This document shows positions 13,096 to 26,726 of a stretch of DNA of 64,000 bases, piece after piece. Below the pieces are notes generated by a model, which was not told the origin of the DNA, searched no databases, and saw only the letters and a program-made list of their open reading frames with translations. The position numbers and the translations under genes were made by a program. Each line of letters starts with the position of its first letter. Positions within the stretch are counted from its first letter, which is position 1. The DNA is from Lingula anatina (taxonomy: Eukaryota > Animalia > Brachiopoda): assembly GCA_051362555.1 (NCBI GenBank), contig CM120641.1:30944401-31008400 (forward strand). The letters run 5' to 3'.

Positions 13096-14289
13096 AATCC
13101 GGAGAAACTTGAGAGAAAGCCTCAGATTTTTTCAGACGTCAACAGCTGCCAGAAGAACCAGTACAGAGGTACATTGAGTCGGTGAATAAACGTTCGAAAG
13201 CTCCAGACTGCTGTCGTCATACCTCACTAAAACAGTAATAATAATGAATAAAAACAAATAAGAGTGACAAAACTGACATACATAGTGCTCACAATAAATA
13301 CAAACACAAACAGTAACAACACCAAAAAACACAGTAATCAAAATAAATACAAACACAAACAGTCACAATACAGACATACACAGTGATCAAAATAAATTTT
13401 GACGTGTACAGTGACAACAGTAACGTTCACCATAATGAGAATAAACACAAGGAATAAAAGTAAAAAACATAGCCATACATAGTCATCACAATATATACAA
13501 ATGCATTCAGTAACAAAACAGACACAGCAAACATAAGATAAACAAACACACAGGCATACAGTGACAACACCATCATGCACAGTAATAGTAATGATTACGA
13601 ACAAATAGAGTTACAAACTGACATACACGGTGATCAAAATAAATTTTAACGTGTACAGTGATAATAGTAGCGTGCACCACAATGAGAATGAACACAAGGT
13701 AAAAGAGTGAAAACAAAGCAGTAAATAGTCATCACAATATACATTAACACATTCAGTAACAATACAAAATAGACACAGCAAACAGAATATAAACAGACAC
13801 ATAGATATACAAAAGATAAACAAACACACAGGGATACACTGACAATGCAATCATGCAGAGTAATAGTAAAGATTACAAACAAATAGTGACAAAACTGACA
13901 TATACAGTGCTCACAATAAATACAAACACGAACAGTAACAATACCAACAAACACAGTAATCAAAATAAATACAAACAAAAACAGTCACAATACAGACATA
14001 CACAGTGATCAAAATAAATATTAACATGTACAGTGAAAATTGTAGCATGCACCGCAATGAGAATAAACACAAGGAAAAAGAGTGAAAACGAAGTCGTACA
14101 AAGTCATCTCAATATGAACAAACACTTTCAGTAATAATACAAAATAGACACAGCAAACACAAAATAGACAGACACATAGACATACAGTGACAACACCATC
14201 ATGCAGAGTAATAGTAATGATTACAAACAAATAGAGTGACAAAACTGACATAAACAGTGCACAATAAATACAAACACGCGTAGTGACAA

Positions 14290-14862
14290 ATGCACCGATT
14301 GACCCCAAACTTGCAAAAATGAAAAATTACCCTAAGGGTAACACCGGCCCATAATATTATAGGTAAGATCTGTTTAGTTACTAATAATCGGCTGAAATAA
14401 AATTTTTCTCACAAAAAATTCCCATTTTTAGAAAATTTTAGCCCGTTTGACCTTGAAATAAAGATCAAAGGTCAAATTCAAGGGCATATTTAAAATCCTC
14501 ACATATGACTTTCGGTCAGCCATCTGTAGTAATTTTTCCCATAATTCCATCGGTTTGGGAGATATTTAGCATTGAATTTTCAAAAATTTTGACAAGGGTG
14601 CCTTTCAACCAACGTCATGCCCAGGTCAATGCACCAACTGAGACAAAAAAAACCTGGGGGTTCAAGTTGAGATTATATGTGACCTAAATCCAAGAGATGG
14701 GGACACAGGTCCTTGCGGTCTAGGAGGAGAAGCGGTAACAGTGACCTGTATCCCATGTCATCCTGCGGAGCCGCAGGAGCCGGTGGAACCGGCGGAGCTG
14801 TACGAGACGGGTCGGGACTAAAACCATGAGTACCACCACTGTACACGCTGGTGGTACTAATT
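14290..14862 (+). mobile_element. 3' part of a Helentron-like non-autonomous element (HINE)
   Basis: tgaccttg...aaggtca core, GCGGAGC microrepeats, terminal hairpin AGTACCACCA-n10-TGGTGGTACT. Confidence 0.6.
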
Positions 14863-17387
14863 AATGATTAAGAACAAATTGAGTGACAAACTGACATACA
14901 CAGTGATCAAAATAAATATTTTAATATTTATTTACGTTAAAACGTGTACAGTGATAATAGTAGCACCGCACCGCAATGAGATTGAAAACAAGGAAAAAGA
15001 GTGAAAACATAGACATAATAAGTCATCACAGAATATAAACACATTCAGTAACAATACAGAATAGACACAATAGACAGAATATAAACAGACACACAGGGAC
15101 ACAGTGACAACACAATCATGCAAAGTAATAGTAAAGATTATAAACAAATAATGACAAAACTGACATACACAGTGCTCACAATAAATACAAACACGGACGG
15201 TGACAACACAAACATGCACAGTAATCAAAAAAATAAATAAATAAATAATAATAATAAATAAATAAAAACAACCACAGTCAAAATACAGACATACACAGTG
15301 ATCAGAATAATAAATTTTGACATGTACAGTGACGACATAACCATGCACAGTAAAAAGTATGAACACAAATGAATCGGGTGATTACACAGTCATACACAGT
15401 GATCACAATATATAATACAGAATACAAACACATTCAATGACAATACAGAATGGAAACAGTTATCAGAGTATAAACAGATACATAAACTATTATGACAGTA
15501 ACAACATTACACCAACATGCACAGTTAACATAATGACTAGAAATAAATAAAATGACAAAACTGACATCCACATTGCTGACAGTAAATATAAACACAAACA
15601 ATGCTAACACTAAAATGCACAGTAATCAAAATGACTACAAACAAAAAGAGTGACAAAACTGACATACACAGTGCTCACTATAAATACAAACACGAACAGT
15701 AACAACACCAACAAACACAGTAATCAAAATAAATACAAACAGACAGTCACAAAACAGACATACACAGTGATTAGAAAAAAATTCACATGAAACATGCACC
15801 GTAATGATAATGAACACAAGTAAAAAAAGTATAAAACATAGCTGTACACAGTCACCACAATATATACAAACACATTCAGTAACAATACAAAATAGACACA
15901 GAGGAAACAGAATATAAACAGACACATAGATATATAGTGAACAACATCATCATGCAGAGTAATAGTAATGATTATGAACAAATTTAAATACAAAGACAAA
16001 ACTAACAGAGAAAGTGCTCATAATAAATACAAACACAAACAGTGACAACACAAACATGCACAGTAATCAAATTAAATATAAACAAACACAGTCAAAATAC
16101 AGACATACATAGTGATCAGAACAAATCTTTGACATGTACAGTGACTACAGTAACGTACATCTTAAAAAGAAAGAAGACAAGGAAAAAGATTGAAAACATA
16201 GCAGTACACAGTCATCACAATATATACAAAACATTCAGTAACATACAGAACAGACACAGCAAACATAAGAAAACAACATCATGCAGAGTAATAGTAATGA
16301 TTACAAACAAAAAGAGTGACAAAACTAACAGACAATGACGCACACAGTAATTAAAAAAATTTCATATGTGTAGTGACAACAATAACATTCACTGTAATGA
16401 GAATGAACACAAGGAAAAAGAGTGAAAACATAGACATATATAGTCATCTCAATATGTACAAACTCATTCAGTAGCAATACTGAATAGAAACAGCAAACAG
16501 AATATAAACAGACACATAGACATACAGTGACAACACCATCATGCAGAGTAATAGTAATGATTACAAACAAATAGAGTGACAAAACTGACATACACAGTGC
16601 TCACAATAAATACAAACATGAACAGTAACAACACCAACATGCACAGTAATCAAAATGAATAAAAACAAACACAGTCAAAATACAGATATACACAGTAATC
16701 AGAAAAAATTTTAACATGTACAGTGACAACAGTAACATACATCGTAATAGGAAAGAAGACAAGGAAAAAGAGTGAAAACATAGCAGTGCACAGTCATCAC
16801 ATTATATACAAACACATTCAGTAACAATACAGAATAGACACAGCAAACATAAGATAAAGAAACACACAGGCATACAGTGACAACACCATCATACACAGTA
16901 ATAGTTCTGATTACCAACAAATAGAATGACGATGAGAACACCAGTATAACAATATTATTGTTGCACTGACCTGTGCTGAGGCTACGACTTTATAGAATAG
17001 GCTTGTTGACTACATTCTGACGATGTGTGGAGAATCACACTCTTTAGTATCAAACCAAGGCCATGGCTTCATGAACTTCCTATTCAATGGCTATCTAATC
17101 ATAATAGTCAACAAGCCTACTCTGCCTCTTTAGACTTAACATAACTTATTATAAGGAGATGCAGACTACAGTAAAAAGTTATTTCCTGAAGTTACCGAAA
17201 TTGCCTGTGAATTATTAGATGTCTCAAACAATACACTGTCACGACAGACAGTACACAGGCATCAGAAAGTTTAAATGAAATTTTGTTTATATAGCGATTT
17301 GAAAGTCTGTGAAATATTTTCGCTCACCACACCTCCACCTCCCACCCATCAGTTCACATTAATCCTTATCACTTTAAACATATATAT

Positions 17388-17643
17388 TTAAACCACGGCT
17401 AGCACGTAGAACAAAAGACTCGGCCGTGCTGTATTCGACGTACAAGCACGTCATGTACGAGTGCGTTCCACGGTCTGTTGCACTACTAGTGTAGTAGCCA
17501 ATCAGAGGCCGTGGTTTAAGCCAGATACAACACTCGTCGCCGAGCTGTACGTGAAAATTACTCGTGTATTGTCTCGCCTGCGGCTCGCCAATACACTCGT
17601 AATATTTCACGTACAGCTCGGCGACTCGTATTGTATCTATCAC
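17388..17643. mobile_element. Double-hairpin element (Crypton-like non-autonomous), copy 1
   Basis: TTAAACCACGGC...GCCGTGGTTTAA, followed by a ~117-bp hairpin with loop TCTCGCCTGCGGCTCGC. No clear TSD. Confidence 0.7.
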
Positions 17644-18295
17644 ATAAAACTGGGTGGGATCTAAGTGACACTTTTCTCTCCTATCCCCACTTTCAAAGAA
17701 GCCATATTTTGAATGTTAGGTTCACATTTTATTAGTTGGCATGGTTCTTTAAAATAAGACTATTGAGGCTCCAAATTTTGTTCATAAGCATAAGAATATA
17801 TTACCATGTTGACAAATCATTCACCAAATTTCAATTTCTTTCTCAATCAATGTTTTTTGCAAAAGATTTTGATTTTAATTCATGAAAAATCCATAAAATA
17901 TGACCTCTTGTGACACTTGGCCCATTATCAATAAACCTTGGATTATTGTCAAGCATTCATAAATGCCTCATGAAAATTATTGTCCCATCCCTTACCTGCA
18001 TAATGTATTGATGTATCATTAATCATATTGATATGGCTAGCATTTTTTCTCCCCTCCCCTCACTTTCAGAGAGGGTACCTTTGGATCGTAAGGTTCACAT
18101 TCTTTTACATAGTTTTCCAAATTAAGACAGCTGAGGCTCCAAGTGATGAAAACCTTGCCATCTGTCATCCATCAACTAGAAGTTTGCTTATTAATTAATA
18201 CTGAACAGGTTACAATTCAATAGTTATGTGATGCTCCATGCTGATGTCAATGAATTTTGATTTACGTGTACCATACATGTACATACAGTTTTGTT

Positions 18296-18350
<55 letters not shown>
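18296..18350. repeat. (TA)n(GA)n microsatellite
   Basis: Direct reading. Confidence 0.95.
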
Positions 18351-18352
<2 letters not shown>

Positions 18353-19177
18353 CACAGGAAATAACAGCAACTGCATTATGCTCATCACGCAGTCTTGTGT
18401 ACAGCAATCACTGTATATCGGAATCACTTAAGCAATTAGGAAAACTTAGATGACTGAACACCGTTTTGCGTTGATGAGATGTATGATTTTGTAGAAACAG
18501 AATGAAAGACACGAATATAGATAATATTTGTTTTTTATCACAAACCAGAAGTCTTAAAGCATTTATCAGAAGGGAAACAAACAGACTTCATACTTACCCA
18601 ATAAACTAAAATGAACTCCTCTTCGATTGTGTTAACTTGAAAAACTACATGTATTCCGCTCTCATCCCAAAGAATCTTCACTGAATCTTTGCATATGTTA
18701 GGCGAGATGCCAGTGGTGATTGAATTTTCTTACGTCGTTAATATCCCTAAATATATTCCATAACGTGCGAAATACTTGAAAATAGTATTCCGATCCGAAT
18801 GAACAAGTCTCTTAGTGAAAAAAAAAGACCCCCGCAGGAAAAACGCAATCAACATATCTTTCACAACTACCACACTGCATCGGCGGAGAATCGGGGCACA
18901 TCAAGCGCATCCCAGCAACGCTACGTTCAAGCTATTTCGGCCCAGATCTTTTGATTTTTAGTTCAAATATGATTTGATAATATTTTGGTTGAAAGGATTT
19001 GATTTCATAAGCATTGACATTACAGCCCCTATTTTATTTCAATTTTCGCGGACGATAGGCCTACCGGTATTGTTTGATGTCCATTGCCCGATATACAATC
19101 AGGGGCTGATCCAGGATTACTTGAATGGGAGTGGGGGGGTGGGGGGGGTGGGGGGGGGGGTGGGTCTGCCGCGGATC

Positions 19178-20250
19178 CTACAAATTTCTAATCACTTTCA
19201 TACACAATGTTACTCGTAGTGGTTTATCTGTGTTTAGATTAATTTCACATAGTAGAAAATAAAGACCATCTCTTTGAAATGAAATATGCAAATGCTGATA
19301 TATTAACTTGATTTTTTTCCTACAGATGGAGAATTTTCTTTTATAAATGAGGTATCCCAAAACATTTGTTAAAAGTTGAACACAGGATTTAGTCATTTGG
19401 CTGGGATGGATAAAAAGATACTCTTCTCTTCATTATTGAATATATTAACTAAATTTTGTAACTCAAGACAATCTTCTAATGAATTATGAGCTGAACAATT
19501 TGTCAAGTAATTTACAAACTCAAGTCTCTTGTTAATGATTGGGTAAATTTGTATAAAGTCGTCACATGGAATAAAGTACAATTTATCTTCTAAAATTCTG
19601 TTCATTTCCCAAACATAAAAAGTATTATTTGTATTTTCATCAAAATTCCTTGGTTATCTGTTATGTTGTGTTTGATGGGTTTTGTACTGTACATTAGTAC
19701 TTTTACAAAGCCATTACAAGAATGGCATTGCAACACCAAATATCTGCTCACACCAGAAGGGAGCACAACTATTGCATCTTTCCAAGGGAGTTAAAATTGC
19801 ACTGTTTACAGGTCATATTGCTCAATAACATACTTAAATCAACTGCAAAATGCAGTGAGTCTTTTGATTTTAACTTTTTGTGAAAGAAAAGAGAATTGTT
19901 TCCGGCATACATATCATGGTAGCAATATCGTGAGTAATCAGATATCAATGCAGAAGAAGACCATGTCTTGCTGCACACATCACAACCATATAACAAATCA
20001 CCACAAGGCACTTTGTGGTCAAAATGCAAGCGCTTGTGAATATTTCCAATGGGATAAGATCTCACGGCTATACAAGCCTTACTAAAATGCTCTTTTCCAA
20101 CCCTCTCCTTGAAAAGTTTCCCATTGCAGCATTTGTAAATAAAGTCACATGTGTGTCCTTTACGTCGTTAAAGACTTGGTGTTCACGGATACGCAATGCA
20201 TTGTTGACATACTTGTAGTGCTTCGGCCAAAATAACAACAAATATTTCAT
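19178..20250 (-). pseudogene. Possible degraded intronless coding sequence of unknown origin
   Basis: Four nearly abutting minus-strand ORF pieces with natural-looking composition and CxxC motifs (CDVC, CKQC). No family recognised. Confidence 0.3.
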
Positions 20251-20582
20251 AAAAGGATGATTTACATGTTTTAATACATGTTATACTTTTATCATTAGCC
20301 GTTTTGCAAAAAAAAAAAAATAAAATAATAATAATAATCATGCGCCAAATCTACACAGATCACAAAAAAAAGCCAGTAATGATGAAACATCTCCTCTGAA
20401 TGTAACAACTCTGTAAAATGGCTTAAAACACTTAAATGTTAATACATGTAATTTCAACAAATCTAGTACAATGTTTGTGAAATTTCTACAAATGATTCTT
20501 AGCAAAAAAAAAAAAATCTTATCTGTTCACTGAGTGTAATGAAACTTTTTAAAATAATATATTTGAGAAAAGTGCAAATTAA

Positions 20583-21245
20583 AGTCATGATAACTCTTCA
20601 TTTTGGCCAAAAATTGGATTTTCCTGGAGTAAACGGCAATTTTCCCATACTTGCTAATGGTCAGCGACCCCATTCCTGCATTCAAAGTTAGTCCAGGCTT
20701 TTTTTCCTAAACATTTGGTTTTTTGTTAAAATCTCTTAAGAGATTTTAACTGACGGAGCCCAATCTAGCATTGCATAGTCACGCGATATCAAGCGATAAT
20801 TTCTGGTGACCTACTTAAAACTGCGGGAAAAGCAGACAACAACAACACTGTATAACAATAATATAAGATTCATAAGATATATTCGTCTTACTGCTAAAAA
20901 TGCATTTATATCTACAATGTGTGCTATTCTGGGCTTTTCGTTATCCAAAGCACTGTACAAAAACTCGCAACTTACGTCTGCGTATTGCATCAGGCTTTTC
21001 ACGCCAGAAGTTATTTTGGTCTCAAATGAAAGCGAGAATCAGTGTAACATCCCAACGTCATTGGCAACAGATGCCTTAACGACCAGGAAGAAAGGCATTG
21101 AAAGCCCTATTGACAAGCACAGATTTTAGTTTTACTACAATAACGGTCGTTTTAGTGGTAAAATGCACTAGAATATATTTCCATGCATTTTTTACAATGC
21201 ATTTCTCGTGGAATTTTGAATCTCAAAGGAAGAGTTATTATTGCT
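20583..21245. mobile_element. Kolobok-type non-autonomous element (TTAA TSD), related to 10319-10653
   Basis: TTAA-AGTCATGATAACTCTTC...GAAGAGTTATTATTGCT-TTAA. The first ~170 bp are homologous to the 10319 copy. Confidence 0.82.
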
Positions 21246-21417
21246 TTAAATTTAAACAAGGCAGCAAAGCTGTGAAATGTACAGACAAAAACAGAAAATA
21301 AAAATGCAGAAAATAGGACATTTTGTCAATTTTGATGCAATAATAAATAATGCTTATAACAGCACAGTCAATCAACACTGAATTTTAATCATGCACAACA
21401 GGTAACATGGTCAATTA

Positions 21418-21584
21418 CAGGAGCAGATCCAGAGAATTTTCTGACAGTATTCCAAATTATCTTTGTTGATCCATCCTCCATTTTTGATGGTCTTCTAACA
21501 CAAAAGAATAGATTCCCGTCAATGTAAACTTTAAAATCTGACCATCATATGGAAGAACCAGAAGACAGTTTCTATCCAGCCCTG
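21418..21584 (+). mobile_element. Degenerate CAG-ended MITE, same family as 24926-25092
   Basis: caggagcagatcc...atccagccctg; internal sequence homologous to the 24926 copy. Confidence 0.7.
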
Positions 21585-21684
21585 CAACAAGATTATAGTT
21601 TCAGGACCATGAAAGTTCAAATTCACATAATGAAAATCCAAATATTTGAAAATGATGACAGTGCATAAAATAATATTACATAAT

Positions 21685-22310
21685 CTCCTAAGGGTTCATA
21701 ATGACATCATGCTTTCCTTAGACAAACAAAAAGATGTTATTTTAGTCCTTTTAGATCTGTCTGCTGCATTCGACACCATTGACCACAACATACTTCTGCA
21801 GAGACTACAGTACCGATTTGGAGTAAATGATTTAGCACTTAATTGGTTAACCTCACATCTAAAAGATCGAACATAAAAGGTGTCAATTGAGTCGTTGCTA
21901 TCAGAGCCCACTGTTTTAGAGTATGGTGTCCCTCAGGGGTCTGTGCTAGGTCCATTGCTCTTCTCATTGTATATGCTACCAATAGAAGACATTATAGTTA
22001 AACATGGTCTCAACACTGTCATTTTTGCTGATGACACTCAAATTTATGTCACAAGTGAAAGTAATCGCTCCATGGCTATCACCTCAATAAAAACTTGTCT
22101 AGTTGAGATCTGGAATTGGATGAAAACAAACATGCTAGCACTAAATGATGGAAAAACTGAACTAATATGGTTTACATCAAGGTCTAAGTCAGACAGTGGA
22201 AATGCAATGAAATCTGACATTTGTATCGGTGGTGTCAACATCAATCCATCTAGCTATGTGAAAGATTTAGGTGTCACCTTTGATCAGTATGCAACTATGG
22301 ATAGACCACC
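21685..22310 (+). pseudogene. CR1/L2-group LINE reverse transcriptase fragment
   Basis: [13 protein letters not shown]; GVPQGSVLGPLLFSLY; FADDTQIY; LNDGKTE; VKDLGV. One in-frame stop. Confidence 0.95.
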
Positions 22311-24009
22311 ATTCATATCCATATACCTTTACATATCTAATTAGTTTAAAAATGAGAATCTTAACATGCCCAAAAATCAAATCTGAGTGGAAAACACTTA
22401 TTTCCAAAAAACAACAAAAAAAGAAAAAAAAAAGCCATAACTTCACCAAAACTTAACTGATCAAGCTTATTTTCAAACTTATTCTGTATTTCAGTAAGAC
22501 TGATCACCCCTGTGAACTTCAAGACAATTGGCCAATTTTCCTTGAAATGTGTTGCATATATGCTGAAAAAAATTGAAAAAAAAACAAACAAAAAAAAAAA
22601 AAACGGCATAACTTCCATAAAAATGGCCTGATCATGCTGATTTTCAAACTTGACCTGCATATTATGAATATTCATCCGTTATGTAAGTTTTAAGCCAAAA
22701 GGTAAAACAGTTTTCCACTTATCGTGTTACAGGTGTTGTATATATGCTGAAAAAAGTGAAAAAACAGCATAACTTTCACAAAAATTGTCCAATCATGCTA
22801 TCCACCCCTGCAATAAGATTATAGTTTCAGGACCAAAAACAGCATAACTTCCACAAAAATTGTCCAATCATGCTGATTTTTTAACTTGACCTGAGTATTA
22901 TGAATATATATATAAGTTCTGTAAGTTTCAAGCCAAAAGGTAAAAGGATTTTTCACTTATTGTGTTATCGGTGAAAGTGCAAGGTGACGATGGCGAAGAC
23001 AGACGAAGGTGACGGCTATATTTACAGACACATCTGTGTCTGTACATAAAAACTGCTGATGCTGTATATAAAAATAGTTAAATGTTAATAACTTTGTGAA
23101 ATTTCCTTAATTCTTTGTGAACTTTGCACAATGAAGCTTATAATTAACAACTGAAATAATCAGCCATAAGCTTATCAGTTGACTGTGTGTAATGAAATTG
23201 ATTTTTCGGACAATATATTTGAGAAAACTAAAAATTGCACAGAAAAAAGGCAAATTCCATGGTTTAAAATACTTTTATGTTAATAATTTTGACAAATCAA
23301 GTCCAATGTTCGTGAAATTTCTACAAATGATGCTTAACAACTGAAATAATCTGAGATCAGCTTATCAGTTGACTGTGCCTAATGAAAATGATGTTTTCAG
23401 AAAATATTTAAGAAAACTAAAAATAAGATTGAAAACACTGGCAAATTCCATACCTAAACATATTCAAATGTAAATGATGTTGACAAATCTAGTCCAATGT
23501 TTGTAAAATTTGTAAAAAATAAGCTTAACAACTGTAATAATCTGAGATAAGTGTATCAGTTGACTGCGTTGTTTATTGGCAATTGATATGAGAAGATTGA
23601 GAATTACAAAAAATAAAATTTTCAATATTACAATAATATTATTCAGTATCAAATGAAGCATTTAATGTTATGATTTGAGTTTGGTTGTGTAAGAGGTGAC
23701 AAATTACCTATTACTGCCATCAGGAAACAATATATACCCATTCAAGATTTCTCCTTACTACCAATACCAGATGCAGATTCCTCCTTGTAATGGGTGTCTA
23801 AAATCAGGCTTTGCACATCATTTGACATTTATAATGTTGCCACATATCATGTATTCTACACATGGATGAGATAATGCACTGCTCTTGCTGCTGTTTTTCA
23901 CCGCCTACTTTTTTAGGTATTATCCATTACAAGATAGGTAGAGTCAGTTCCCCAAGAAGCCACCATGCTGTATGGAAAGGGTCACCTGGAAAAAGAACAA
24001 TATATTTGA

Positions 24010-24520
24010 GAAAAATGAAAATCATATTAAAATTATCTCCTACTAGACTATTAGACTTAAAAACTGGAAACTTTGGTGATTGGTGAAACTGTAGTCAAAA
24101 TGTGTGTTGGCATTTCAGAATTTTAGTGCAACAGGGGGTTGCGCCCTCCCTTGGGGGGGGGGGAGGGGATGATTCGGAATTCTTTTCATGTTATTTCTGT
24201 TATCTCCCCCTAGACCATTTGAGTTAGATAATTGAAACTTTGGTGATTGCTAGACCTGTCATCAGGGAATTGCGTTGGCACTTCAGAATTATTTCAAGAG
24301 GGCATTGGGATGTCCTTGGGGGGGGGGATAGTTGTTCAAAATTTTTTTCACGTTATAATTTCCCTGATCTCCTCTTAGACCATTAGACTTTAGAAGTTGA
24401 AACTTTGGTGAATGATAGCTGTTTCCTCAAGGATGTGCATGGGCATTTCATAATTAGTTCAACAGAGGGTTTGGCTATCCCTGGGGGTGATTGATTTTGA
24501 AGCCTTTTCTCATTGTTATA
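24010..24520. repeat. Three diverged ~170-bp tandem units (atctcc..tagaccattag..gaaactttggtga)
   Basis: Motif recurs at ~24035, ~24202 and ~24367. Confidence 0.7.
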
Positions 24521-24925
24521 CCATTATGCTTATATGTCATGTAACAACTAATTGATCATTTTCTGACGTTTGTATCTGTACAGGCTGATGAGGAAATTAT
24601 AGGGCAAAACACAATGGCAATGCAAATGAGTTGACGTCAAGCCAATGCTATGTGCACAAATATGCAAATCAATCCCCGCTTGTCACACTGTTCATGCTCA
24701 ACGGGGAATTATTGCCACTTGCTGCAAGCCAAGGTAATTACAAAGTTCCTTATCGGTTGGAACTGTTCCTTTCTCTAGGCTGAGATAGTCCTATCTCCTG
24801 CCTTGCTAGTGGTTTGTTCCATAAGGTGACCTCATTTGAAAGTTTTTGGCGTATTATTCTTAACTCATAACACATATAAATCTCTAGGTGACCCTTTTAC
24901 AAAATGATAATTTCCCAGGTACTAT

Positions 24926-25092
24926 CAGTGGCGGATCCAGAGATATATTCTGACAGTCTTCCAAATTATCTTTGTTGAGCCATCCCCCATTTTTGAATGT
25001 CTTCCGACAGAAAAATTAGATACCTGTCAATGTAAACTTGAAAATCTGACCGTCTTCCGGAAGACCCAGAAGACGGCCTAAATCCGCCCCTG
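24926..25092 (+). mobile_element. MITE with CAG(T/G)GGCGGAT TIR and 5-bp TSD ACTAT
   Basis: ACTAT-CAGTGGCGGATCCAG...TAAATCCGCCCCTG-ACTAT. Confidence 0.85.
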
Positions 25093-26726
25093 ACTATATA
25101 TAGTGATGATGAACACCGAACACCAGCAGAGCAATATTATTGTTGCACTGACCTGTGCTGAAGCTGTGACATTGTAGATCTTGCTCGTAATGATGAGTTT
25201 ATAAATTAGCTGTCCTCAGTTGGATGATAATCCAAGAGACATACCTTCATCTCTGCTGAAATCAGAGAACACATCATTAATTAAGAATATATACAGACAT
25301 ATACAGCAGTTACATCATAGACATATCACAGTGATCAAAATATATATAAACACATACAGCCACAAAACAAACATGCATAGTGATCAGAATATATAGAGAC
25401 ACATACAGCATCACAACAGGCAGTACACAGGCTTCAGAATGTATGCAGGCATTTTTTTTCTAGTTGTGAGGGTCAAAAGGGATTGAAATGAACAACTAAG
25501 TAAAGCAATATTATTGTTGCACTGACCTGTGCTGAGGCTGCAACGTTGTAGATCTTGCTAGTGATGATGAGTTTATAAAAAAGCTGTCGTCAGTGTGATG
25601 ATAATCCAGGAATCATACCGTCATATCCGTTGAAAACTCAGTGCCATCCCAAAACAACTCCTACAAGTTCATATCAACCCTTGTCAATTTGTACATATAT
25701 AAAACTCAGTGGGATATAAGTTGCCCTTTTACAAAATGATAATTATACAGCTACTAATTATAGTTGTGACTGTCAAAAGGGGATAGAAGAGAACAACAAA
25801 GTATAGCAATATCATTATTGCACTGACCTGTGCTGAGGCTGCGATGTTGTGGTCTTGATGTGATGATCAGTTTAGATGTCGTAAGTATGATGATAATCAA
25901 GGAGATACACCTTCATCTCTGCTGAAATCAGAGAACACATCATTAATTGAGAATATATGCAGACATATACGGCAGTTACAACATAGACACATTACAGTGA
26001 TCAAAAATATATATAAACACATACAAAACAGACATGCATAGTGATCAGAATATATAGAGACACATAAAGCAATGCAACAGGCAGTACACAGGCTTCAGAA
26101 TGCATGCAGGAATTTTTTTCTAGTTGTGAGGGTCAAAAGGGTATTGAAGAGAACAACAAAGTATAACAATATTATTGTTGCACTGACCTGTGCAGAAGCT
26201 GTGACATTGTAGATCTTGCTGGTGATGATGAGTTAAAAATAAGCTGTCCTCAGTTGGATGATAATCCAAAAGACATACCTTCATCTCTGCTGAAATCAGA
26301 GAATACAGGCACATACAGTATACACAACACAGATATAATACAGAGATCAGAATATATTTAAACATTCAAACAATGACAAAGCAGACATATGTACATGTAC
26401 AGTAAGCAGAATATATACAGACACACACTGTCACAAAAGACAATGCACTGTAAGGCATGAGAAAACATTAAATTTAATGTTTATATATAGGAATTGGAAT
26501 GACTGTCAGAAATTCTTGTTCACATTCACCAGTTCATATTAACCCTTAATTTTCACTCTGAACATATAAAAGACTCTGTGGGATTTAGGTGACCCTTTTA
26601 AAAATGATAATTTACAGGAAATTTCGTCTATATACAGATTTTTCTCAGCGCCTTCCCACCCCAACCCCTATGAGTTCATATCAACCCTTGTCAATTTGAA
26701 CATATATAAAACTGTGTGGGATCTAA

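Larger units (their letters stand above)
9787..13233 (-). mobile_element. Deleted and rearranged Gypsy LTR retrotransposon with chromodomain integrase and env-like gene; TG...CA ends, GTAA TSD
   Basis: TGTTATAGTGAGGAATGACGACAGCAGTCTG at 9787 and CAGACTGCTGTCGTCATACCTCACTAAAACA at 13233. GTAA on both sides rebuilds the satellite motif gcagagtaataat. Contains int, chromodomain, env and gag remnants. Confidence 0.88.
2823..16930. repeat. Satellite family A: A/C-rich, 49-bp (21+28) basic module, ~345-bp higher-order repeat with shorter variants
   Basis: Alternating modules such as acagtgacaacaccatcatgc (21) and agagtaatagtaatgattacaaacaaat (28). The landmark gcagagtaat recurs at ~3538 and ~3883. 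Confidence 0.9.
21254..23052 (+). mobile_element. Helentron-like non-autonomous element (HINE) with internal tandem repeats and cargo
   Basis: 5' AACAAGGCAGCAAAGCTGT.AAATGTACAGACA; 3' hairpin TACAGACACATCTGTGTCTGTACAT-AAAAA; same ends as 35974-38189. Confidence 0.72.

Noticed and set aside
2909-16941. Dozens of Cys/Val/Tyr/Phe-rich minus-strand ORFs
   Set aside because: Translations of the TG-rich satellite strand. They occur in all frames with frequent stops and no conserved frame.
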